A stretch of DNA of 64,000 bases from Phycisphaeraceae bacterium (GTDB taxonomy: Bacteria; Planctomycetota; Phycisphaerae; Phycisphaerales; Phycisphaeraceae). The translations under genes and the position numbers were made by a program. Below are positions 1 to 7,588 of the stretch, one piece after another. The stretch is taken from assembly GCA_963674705.1 (NCBI GenBank), contig OY771506.1, positions 3,072,001-3,136,000 of the forward strand, written 5' to 3'. How positions within the stretch are numbered: position 1 is the first letter of the stretch; each line of letters starts with the position of its first letter. The notes under the pieces are model-generated. The model was not told the DNA's origin, made no database searches, and saw nothing but the letters and a program-made list of their open reading frames with translations.

Positions 1-142
1 TCTCGTGACGTCACGAAAATTGGGCGGGTCCGGGCAAGCGCCGGTCCTGGGTTGTTATTGGGCCAGCAAAATTGGCCGGCAGGAGAAAGACACACGCTGA
101 AGAACAGGTCCACCGAGGACGAGTTAGCGTCGGTCTACCTTT

Positions 143-153
143 ATTATACCACA
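143..153 (-). promoter_or_regulatory. Extended -10 promoter (TGnTATAAT) firing leftwards
   Basis: The minus strand reads TGTGGTATAAT; no good -35 is visible and the target gene would lie outside the window. Confidence 0.45.
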
Positions 154-269
154 AACAATTACCCCACTGTGCGCACGTTGTGACCGATGAATGAGCATGA
201 TTGACCCATCGGTGGCATGGCGAGGGGCATGCGATTCTCGTCGGGTAGATATGCAGGATTGTGGACAAG

Positions 270-567
270 CGGAAGCTTAAAGGAAGCTGAGCGGGAGGTG
301 AATCGGCCAACCTTCCGTAGAGAATATGCTTTATTTATAGTGATATATGTATATATACGGAAGCACGGAAGCTACTCGGAAGATATACATGTAGTCCGTT
401 TACTTGTGACATCTGACATCACATGGATGGCCAATATATATATCTGGGGAGTTTCTTGGAACCTGCTTCCGTGCTTCCGGCATCTTGCACTTGGCCCTAT
501 GTATATAAGCACTTAGCGCACGGAGGCAGTTCTCTCTGAGCATCCTCTCAGGTACCGGTCTGCTTCC
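270..567. repeat. Cluster of (C)GGAAG(C) motifs with a 15-bp inverted repeat and TA-rich tracts (iteron/ori-like)
   Basis: Motif copies at about 270, 282, 312(rc), 358, 366, 377, 465(rc), 473(rc) and 562(rc). CGGAAGCACGGAAGC at 358-372 is the exact reverse complement of 465-479. Confidence 0.55.
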
Positions 568-789
568 TGAGACTTGTATACGCCCTGTTGTTGCGCGCAC
601 AAGAGAACCCGTCACCAAGTTAGCTTTGTCACTTATGTCAAAGGGATTCAAACTTCTGGTACAATAAAGGTATGGCGGTATGACATGAGTCCGCACGATC
701 CATAGCGCGCAAGCGCAAACGCGGATCAACCGCCACATGCAAAACCCACAGCGTCCTGTGACCCAGCCTCTAACTGGCTTGATGGTTCT

Positions 790-1353
790 ATGCGCGCAGC
801 GAAGCAGGAGATATCTATGTACTCAACCCGTAACCGTCGGCCTGATCGGTTCCATCTGGTCCATCATTGCCTAGCCCTTTTGCGCGACCGAGGCTGGTTC
901 AGCGCAACACAACTCGCGAACATGTTGTATTACGGCTCGGGCAAACCCCACCAGGAACAACGTAAGCGCGTGCGCTGGATGCTGCAGCGTTACGTCGACG
1001 CGGGCATCATCGAAGAGCACGAAGCCGCCTGCAAGATCTACCGCCACCGTGACGTAACTGAAGACGACGTAAACAAGAACTTGCTACTCGAGTTTGAGAT
1101 ACACGCCTGTCGCCGTTGGTCGAAGTCAGACCAGATGTTTCTGCGATTGGTGGAGGACAGGCTGGATATATTGATACCGCCTGACGCCGACCCGCTGCGA
1201 TTCACGCCGCTGGGTAATCTGATGCCCCACTCGATGCTTGATCCGGACTGGGATGATTGGGGACGACCGGTAGAGAAGGGGCCGCCCAGCGCCCTGGCAT
1301 ATGTGCGAAATCCGGTCACAAATGTGCCGTTAGATAAAAAAGCCGTGTCGTAA
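790..1353 (+). CDS. Hypothetical protein, possible winged-helix DNA-binding protein
   Basis: 187-aa ORF (alternative ATG at 817 with an AGGAG RBS). The FSATQLANML...RVRWMLQRYVDAGII pattern resembles a wHTH. Confidence 0.55.
   Translation: MRAAKQEISMYSTRNRRPDRFHLVHHCLALLRDRGWFSATQLANMLYYGSGKPHQEQRKRVRWMLQRYVDAGIIEEHEAACKIYRHRDVTEDDVNKNLLLEFEIHACRRWSKSDQMFLRLVEDRLDILIPPDADPLRFTPLGNLMPHSMLDPDWDDWGRPVEKGPPSALAYVRNPVTNVPLDKKAVS
1277..1310 (+). repeat. 34-bp imperfect direct repeat, copy 1 (within the 3' end of ORF 790-1353)
   Basis: 29/34 identical to 4459-4492. Confidence 0.8.
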
Positions 1354-1475
1354 GCTGCGCCTCCTCCAAGATCATTATCCGATCTTTCGGCTAGGATATC
1401 ATACCGGGGAAGTTAGAGTCTGATTCATTTAGAAGATAAACAAATCCGGCAAGGTCGGGGTTTCGACCGTCTGCT

Positions 1476-2216
1476 ATGATGCCTGCGAAGGTAATCAACA
1501 TGCGGACGCCAATCATGGAACAGCGGCAACTCCAACCCGAGCGCATGGATGATCCTACACTGGATAGTAGCCTGCACCGCCAGGCTCTCCGAGGCCTGGC
1601 ACGGATTAATTGTTTTTCGCGCAGCGCCGCGATGATCTGGAATCCATTGCGTGCACAACTGGCCCTTCGCCACTGCAATGTTTCGGCTAAGCGTGTGCTA
1701 GACGTCGCCTGTGGTGGCGGTGATGTGACACTGGAGCTGCAGCGGCTTGCTGATCGCGATGATGTGAATGTCCGCGTCGATGGTTGCGACATCAGCCCCA
1801 TCGCCGTCCAGACTGCGGCCCAATTGGCTGATAAGCGCGGTACCCGCTCCACTTTCTTCAAACACGATGCGCTATCCGGATCGCTGCCGCAGGGCTATGA
1901 CGCGGTTGTCTGCAGCTTGTTCCTGCACCATCTAGACAACGACCAGATCGTTGATCTTCTCAACCGCATGGCTGAAGCCACAAACGTGATCGTGGTCAGC
2001 GATCTAGAACGCAGTCGCTTCGGCTATCTCGCGGCAAAAATCGGGACACATGTGCTTAGCCGATCTTCCGTCGTACATTACGACGGACCCGTTTCGGTGC
2101 AGGCGGCGCTGACCGTCGATGAGGCGCACCGCCTGGCGTTCGCGGCAGGACTCGATGGTGTTTCTGTAGACCCCATATTCCCATGCCGCTGGCTCTTGAC
2201 GTGGAGTCGGCCATGA
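1476..2216 (+). CDS. SAM-dependent methyltransferase (type III PKS-associated)
   Basis: VLDVACGGG motif I, CSLFLHH, and N-terminal ERMDDP. The true start may be 1500 or 1515. Confidence 0.9.
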   Translation: MMPAKVINMRTPIMEQRQLQPERMDDPTLDSSLHRQALRGLARINCFSRSAAMIWNPLRAQLALRHCNVSAKRVLDVACGGGDVTLELQRLADRDDVNVRVDGCDISPIAVQTAAQLADKRGTRSTFFKHDALSGSLPQGYDAVVCSLFLHHLDNDQIVDLLNRMAEATNVIVVSDLERSRFGYLAAKIGTHVLSRSSVVHYDGPVSVQAALTVDEAHRLAFAAGLDGVSVDPIFPCRWLLTWSRP

Positions 2217-3343
2217 TCGGTGACTTCGACGCGGTGGTGATCGGGGCAGGACCGGCTGGTTCGGTCTCAGCTTATACGATGGCCCGTCGTGGCTCGCGTG
2301 TCCTGCTCGTTGACAAGGCGTCGTTCCCGCGCGAGAAGGTCTGTGGCTGTTGTCTTAATGCACGGTCACTGGCGATACTGGATCGGCTGGGGCTTGGCGA
2401 TCTGCCGTCCAGGCTTGGGGCTCGTACAATCAAGCGTTTACTTCTGAGCTATGGATCTCGCCACGCCACGATACCGCTTTCCGGCAGCGTCAGTCTCTCG
2501 AGGCTTGCACTGGATCAGGCGCTGATCGAACGTGCCCAAGAAGCTGGCGTCAAGTTCTTAGACAAGACTTGCGCCGCAGTAGGCCCTGCAAGCACCAAGT
2601 CACGCAGCGTCATGCTTCGTTCGAGTGAAGTGGGGTCCGTGAACACGAACGCGAGAGTTGTCCTGTTGGCCGACGGACTTACAGGTACGGCCTTGAAGAG
2701 CGACACGTCGCGCCTGAACCAGGTCGCATCTTGGTCGCGTATGGGCGCGGGGGTAGTCATTCGGCATGCCCCCGATGCTTACGCGCCGGGCAGTGTCTAC
2801 ATGGCATGCAGTCAAGATGGTTATGTTGGGTTGGTTCGTCTGGAGGATGATCGGCTGGACATCGCGGCGGCTATGGATGTGGGCTACTTGCGGGAGGCAG
2901 GGGGCCCTGGTCCGGGTGTGGTGTCGCTTTTGAAAAAGACGGGAATGCCGATGATCTCCGGCCTAGAGGAACAGCGGTGGCGCGGCACAGGCCTATTGAC
3001 GCGGTCCAGACTTCATGTGTATGACGAGCGCCTACTCGTGCTAGGCGACGCAGCGGGTTACGTCGAGCCGTTTACAGGTGAGGGGATTGCTTGGGCCCTC
3101 ACTGGTGCCGAGGCGGTGGTCGACATAGCGATAGAAGGTATTAACTCTTGGCATCCGACATTGGGTAAGGCATGGGAAAAACGGTACCGGAAGCTGGTCC
3201 ACCGTCGCCAGACCCGCTGCCGGCTTGTGGCGTTTTGGTTGCGTCACCCGACGCTGAGCGCACCTGCTGTCGCCTTGCTTGGCCGTTCACCGCAACTGGC
3301 TAAACCATTCATCCGCACGCTGACGCAGATCGCATCCGCTTAA
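2213..3343 (+). CDS. FAD-dependent oxidoreductase (geranylgeranyl reductase-like)
   Basis: VIGAGPAG Rossmann motif, FPREKVCG, and GDAAGYVEPFTGEGI. ATGA overlap with the upstream stop. Confidence 0.92.
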   Translation: MIGDFDAVVIGAGPAGSVSAYTMARRGSRVLLVDKASFPREKVCGCCLNARSLAILDRLGLGDLPSRLGARTIKRLLLSYGSRHATIPLSGSVSLSRLALDQALIERAQEAGVKFLDKTCAAVGPASTKSRSVMLRSSEVGSVNTNARVVLLADGLTGTALKSDTSRLNQVASWSRMGAGVVIRHAPDAYAPGSVYMACSQDGYVGLVRLEDDRLDIAAAMDVGYLREAGGPGPGVVSLLKKTGMPMISGLEEQRWRGTGLLTRSRLHVYDERLLVLGDAAGYVEPFTGEGIAWALTGAEAVVDIAIEGINSWHPTLGKAWEKRYRKLVHRRQTRCRLVAFWLRHPTLSAPAVALLGRSPQLAKPFIRTLTQIASA

Positions 3344-3359
3344 CACTCTGGAGTTGCTC

Positions 3360-4460
3360 ATGCAGGCAGACATACTAGGCATCGCGACCGCTCGCCCCAA
3401 AGGAGTTTTTAGCCAGGAGCAGGCCTTGGCTATGGCTTGTAACCGAAGCACCCAAGACTCCCGCCAGTCGGACTTGCTTAAGCGCATGTACACCAATAGC
3501 ACGATCCGCCAACGCGCCAGTGTATTGGTTGAAGATGTCGACAACCCGCTTGAGTCACTGGAACGGTACTACCCCGTCCCACGCGACGGCAACGGGCACG
3601 GCCCGCCGGTCTCCCAGCGGATGCAGCGTTACCAGCGCGACGCGGGGTCACTCGCCTGTCAGGCGTCAAGCCTGGCGCTTGCGTCGGCCGGCATCGAGCC
3701 CGACACAGTAACGCAAGTCGTGGCTGTCTCATGCACAGGTTTTGTCTCACCCGGTATCGACACCGCGCTGATCCGCGGGCTGGGCCTGCTTTCCACCACT
3801 GGCCGGACGATGATCGGCTTCATGGGTTGTCATGGGGCGATTAACGGCATGCGGGTCGCCTCAGCGTTGGCAACCGCTTCACCGGAGGCATGTGTGCTGC
3901 TATGCGCGATTGAATTGTGCACACTGCACTTTCAATACGGCTGGCACCCTAGTCGGGCGCTTGCCAATGGGCTGTTCGCCGACGGCGCCGCTTCGGCAGT
4001 GATTATCCCGACGAATTACAGCAACCGTGCATCTGATACATGGCGAATCCATGCAACCGCATCGTGTTTGCTCCCGGATACCGAAACAGACATGGGCTGG
4101 TCAATCGGTGATCACGGGTTTGAGATGACACTGAGCCACCGTGTACCCGACCGGATTCGTGAACACCTGCAGGGCTGGTTAGCCGGGTGGTTGATGGAAC
4201 ACAACCTCGCTATTGGCGACGTAGCGCATTGGGTGATTCATCCCGGAGGTCCCAAGATCATCGATGCCGTCGAGTCTGCGCTAGGTCTGTCTCCGCACGA
4301 CACGGTTACCTCACGCGAGGTCTTAGCCGAGTGTGGCAACATGTCATCTCCCACAGTGCTTTTTATCCTGCAACGAATAGCGAAAACGCAAGCGGAGTGT
4401 CCCTGCGTGATGCTGGCGTTCGGGCCGGGCCTGGTCGTAGAGGCGGCACTGCTTTTATAG
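3360..4460 (+). CDS. Type III polyketide synthase (chalcone synthase-like)
   Basis: Catalytic triad contexts GFMGCHG (Cys), HPGGPK (His) and GNMSS (Asn); also LFADGA and FGPGL. GGAG RBS before the ATG at 3360. Confidence 0.96.
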   Translation: MQADILGIATARPKGVFSQEQALAMACNRSTQDSRQSDLLKRMYTNSTIRQRASVLVEDVDNPLESLERYYPVPRDGNGHGPPVSQRMQRYQRDAGSLACQASSLALASAGIEPDTVTQVVAVSCTGFVSPGIDTALIRGLGLLSTTGRTMIGFMGCHGAINGMRVASALATASPEACVLLCAIELCTLHFQYGWHPSRALANGLFADGAASAVIIPTNYSNRASDTWRIHATASCLLPDTETDMGWSIGDHGFEMTLSHRVPDRIREHLQGWLAGWLMEHNLAIGDVAHWVIHPGGPKIIDAVESALGLSPHDTVTSREVLAECGNMSSPTVLFILQRIAKTQAECPCVMLAFGPGLVVEAALLL

Positions 4461-4492
4461 GGCCCCCCCAGCGCCCTGGCGTACGTGCGGAA
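4459..4492 (+). repeat. 34-bp imperfect direct repeat, copy 2 (encodes GPPSALAYVRK)
   Basis: 29/34 identical to 1277-1310; all five differences are synonymous third-position changes. Confidence 0.8.
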
Positions 4493-4585
4493 ACGTCAGT
4501 AAGAAGACTTCGATTTATTGTCTGGCATCATCATCTACGAGCCCCCACGTCATGCCTTTCAATGCGTAAGGGCGGTTCTAAAATG

Positions 4586-4594
4586 TGTTATAAT
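4586..4594 (+). promoter_or_regulatory. Extended -10 promoter upstream of the DUF5131 gene
   Basis: TGTTATAAT. Confidence 0.4.
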
Positions 4595-4860
4595 GAAGTT
4601 ATGAGAGTGTGACTTTGGTCATGTCTTCGGGGGCCTCAAGCCGGGTAGACAAAATTCTAATCGTTATGAGGTCTTTCGTGCTGTGACTAAGCACTTTAGG
4701 CAGAGTGTGATCGTATGCGCGGATCCCGAGTCAATGCATGAATGAGAACAGAGTATTTTAGAAATCGCCGCCGATTGTTTCGGCCGCTTAAGGAGAGTCG
4801 GTATGACATCAAGAATCGAAACCTTCAACTATGGAACCTTCATATGGAGTAATGGATACG

Positions 4861-5691
4861 ATGGGCATTAAAACTAAAATTCAGTGGACGGACTCGACCG
4901 TGAACCCGACGATGGGCTGTGACGGTTGTGAACTGTGGTGTAATCAGAGACGCAGTTGCTACGCCGGCAAGCTTCATGATCGCTGGGGGAAAACAAATAA
5001 GGGTCTCTCTGATACCTTCGATCAACTGGCTTGTTATCCAGGCCGCATGGAAAAGGCAGCCAGATGGTCGAGTTTGGAAGGACGCTTGAGAGAAGGCGAG
5101 CCGTGGAAGATTAAACTGCCGCGGATGATCTTCGTGTCGGATATGTCGGATGCTCTTTCTAAAGATGTTTCGTTCGAGTATCTGAAAGAGGAGGTGATTG
5201 ATGTGGCCGCCTCAGCAATGGGGCAGCAGCATAACTGGCAATGGCTGACCAAGCGGCCGGAACGTATGGCGGAGTTTGCAGTGTGGCTCGCCGACATGAA
5301 TGAGTCCTGGCCCTCAAACTTGTGGGCGGGCACGAGCCTGACGACGAACGGGACACGATCACGGATCGCTCCTCTGTTGAAGGTGCCGGCCGAAGTCCGT
5401 TTCCTGTCGGTTGAGCCTCAGATCGAAGACATTGATTTGACCGGCTATCTTGGTGGGATCTACTGGGTGATTCAAGGCGGCGAGTCAGGTAACGACGCGA
5501 GACCCTTTGAGGTAGAGTGGGCAGATAAGATGCGGCGGCAGTGCGAGGATGCTGATGTGCCGTATTTTCTAAAACAATTAGGAGCGTCCGCCTATGAGCA
5601 CGGTGAACCGATCGAGCTCAAAGACGGCCACGGCGGCGACTGGATCGAATGGGACGAGCGGCTGCGTGTGCGGCAGTTCCCTCGATTCTGA
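4861..5691 (+). CDS. DUF5131 / phage Gp37-Gp68 family protein
   Basis: TKIQWTDSTVNPTMGC...C...CYA, IFVSDMSD, LTKRP, RFLSVEP, WVIQGGESG and FLKQLG motifs. The ORF is open from 4831. Confidence 0.9.
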   Translation: MGIKTKIQWTDSTVNPTMGCDGCELWCNQRRSCYAGKLHDRWGKTNKGLSDTFDQLACYPGRMEKAARWSSLEGRLREGEPWKIKLPRMIFVSDMSDALSKDVSFEYLKEEVIDVAASAMGQQHNWQWLTKRPERMAEFAVWLADMNESWPSNLWAGTSLTTNGTRSRIAPLLKVPAEVRFLSVEPQIEDIDLTGYLGGIYWVIQGGESGNDARPFEVEWADKMRRQCEDADVPYFLKQLGASAYEHGEPIELKDGHGGDWIEWDERLRVRQFPRF

Positions 5692-5698
5692 TCATCGA

Positions 5699-5720
5699 AT
5701 TTTCGATACGTATCGAAAAT
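5699..5720. repeat. Perfect 22-bp palindrome
   Basis: ATTTTCGATAC|GTATCGAAAAT. Confidence 0.85.
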
Positions 5721-5733
5721 GTTCATATGCAAG

Positions 5734-5762
5734 GAGGCGGGCCGTATGGTCCGCCTCTTTCT
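5734..5762 (+). terminator. Intrinsic terminator of the DUF5131 gene
   Basis: GAGGCGGGCC-GTAT-GGTCCGCCTC followed by TTTCT. Confidence 0.6.
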
Positions 5763-5979
5763 ATCAAATATATTTAGCCATGTGCTATTTTGACCTCACT
5801 CTCAGCAAGAGCTGCAGCAACATAGTTGAAGGTTCGAAGAGGGGCTGGGTAGTTGGTAAGTTTCACGCAAACTGAATCCGAAAAAATATAATCGCACGAT
5901 ATGTCACACGCAGCTAGTTCCATTTGGGCTCTTGATCGTAATAACCTTTCGATAATCCAAGTCACCACCCGCTGAGCCG

Positions 5980-5993
5980 TCTATGAGCAAGCC
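5980..5993 (-). mobile_element. IS110/IS1111-type right-end sub-terminal repeat
   Basis: The minus strand reads TTGACAACGGCTTGCTCATAGA (an outward -35 plus the repeat). The 14-mer TCTATGAGCAAGCC recurs at 24563 ahead of an IS110 N-terminal fragment. Confidence 0.7.
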
Positions 5994-6182
5994 GTTGTCA
6001 AGCGGGCCTAATCTGTGGGCTGGATCCAACCATCTATCCGGCATCGATCTCATGGGTCGTGCCACTAGTCTGTATACGTAAACCCGCCTCATTCACCACA
6101 GCAAGGTCCAGATTGGCCTTACGGCCCAGCTCGAGGTCGGGTGTGATCTGCCCAGCAGACCCCTGTTCGGATCTATCCACCA
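5994..6182 (-). ncRNA. Candidate IS1111-type bridge/seek RNA region
   Basis: About 190 nt of non-coding sequence between the transposase stop and the right-end repeat. It contains GCCGGATAGATGGT, resembling the end junction ATAGACGGT, and a GGCC-GTAA-GGCC hairpin. Confidence 0.5.
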
Positions 6183-6620
6183 CTACGTCGCCCAACGCCA
6201 AGTCTCGCCGCTGCGCAGCATCGCCAGCATGCAACGAAGCAGCTTGTGTGCGGTTGCCACCACGGCGATCTTCTTGCGTTCCGGCTTCCCGTTCATGACA
6301 CGATTGAAGTAGTCACGCATCGCCGAGCACTTCCTGATGATTTGCCAAGTCGCTTCGACCAACAGCTTCCGGACTGTTGAGGGCCCCTGCCGAGTGATGT
6401 GACCCAGGCGATTGACCCCGGCGCTGGCGTCCTGCGAGGGCACCAACCCGAAGTAGGCGCCGATTCGATTGATGCACGCAAAACGTTTCGGGTCGTCGAT
6501 GTATGCCAGCACCGCCTCCGCGATACGCACACCCACCCCCGGGATCGTCGATAGTAACGCAATGCCGGGGTGGTGTTGCGCCAACCGGTCCAGGCGATCC
6601 GTCACGGTAGCCACGGTCAC
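6183..6620 (-). pseudogene. IS110-family transposase, C-terminal fragment
   Basis: TIPGVG, AYFGLVPSQDASAG, GHITRQGPSTVRKLLVEA and KKIAVVATAHKL motifs. The N-terminal DEDD domain is absent here. Confidence 0.88.
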
Positions 6621-6754
6621 GAGAGAGCCGCAGGCGTTGTAAGGCGTATCGAGCTTGTCACGCTTGGCGTTTTCCACGGCGCGGTACCAGTCTTTACCGC
6701 TGCGCAGGTGCATCAATTGATCGACGGACCAGCGGTCGTTGGGGCGGGCGCCGC

Positions 6755-7300
6755 GATCAGCACGTGATAACGAACCAGACCACCGAGCGTCCACACTTCC
6801 ACCGTGAAGAAGTCGGCTGCCGCGAGGTGTTCCCAGTGCGCCTTGAGGAAGGTCTCCCAGCTTCCGCGTTTGCTCCGCTCCGGCGACGGTTCGATCCCGT
6901 GCGCCTTGAGAATCCGGCCGATCGTTGTGTCGCTGACCCGGTGGCCCAGATTCAATAGTGCGCCTTCGATACGGTCGTAGCCCCAATCCTTGTTCTCCGT
7001 CGCCATGCGCACCAACAAGGCCCGGATCTCTTTCATCACACCTGGACGGCCTGGGCCGCGGTTCTTGCTGCCATCGTACTTCCTGGCGATCAAGCGTCGG
7101 TGCCAACGCAGCAGTGTGTCGGGCGTAACCAGCGTGCCCAGTTCTCGCAATACCTTGCGTCCCAACACCTTAGCTTTGACCGCAAGCCGCCGCCGCTGGT
7201 CATCGGTAAAGCGCAGGCGCTTCTCACCAAACTGCTCGCGAAGAACCCGGTTCTCTTCTTTAAGGTAGTCAATCACAGACTGCTGCTGGCGATTGATCCA
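6755..7300 (-). pseudogene. Truncated rve-type transposase/integrase (IS3/IS481-like), HTH region
   Basis: [20 protein letters not shown]...[11 protein letters not shown]...[10 protein letters not shown]...AADFFTVEV, broken before the DDE core is complete. Confidence 0.8.
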
Positions 7301-7430
7301 GACCTCTTCGATAAGGTCCAGAAACTCCTTAAGCTCAACGGTAGAACCGGCGGTGCGGAGGACCGCAACAAGTACGGGGCTATCCTGCGCGGGCTGCTGC
7401 GGTGCAAGACCTGCGGGACCGCGATGAACC
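7292..7430 (+). pseudogene. Large serine recombinase fragment (end of recombinase domain and start of Zn-ribbon)
   Basis: [13 protein letters not shown]...[21 protein letters not shown]. Confidence 0.65.
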
Positions 7431-7588
7431 GCGCGTTCGGTTTGCTGGCCAAGCGGTGGAAGAACTTGACGTCTTCCGGTATGCAGCGGTTGAAGTTATT
7501 ACCCGAATACCGGCTAGCTTGCGCGCGAATTCATAGTGTGATCCGTATTTCACCCGCGCCAGTAAGCCCCACATCTGTGGGACGTTGA

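Noticed and set aside
6183..7106. 307-aa ORF as an intact IS110 transposase
   Set aside because: Only the last ~145 aa are IS110-like; the upstream part is an off-frame read of a different transposase fragment.
7100..7588. 162-aa ORF as a real gene
   Set aside because: It is a chimera of antisense transposase sequence and a short serine-recombinase fragment.
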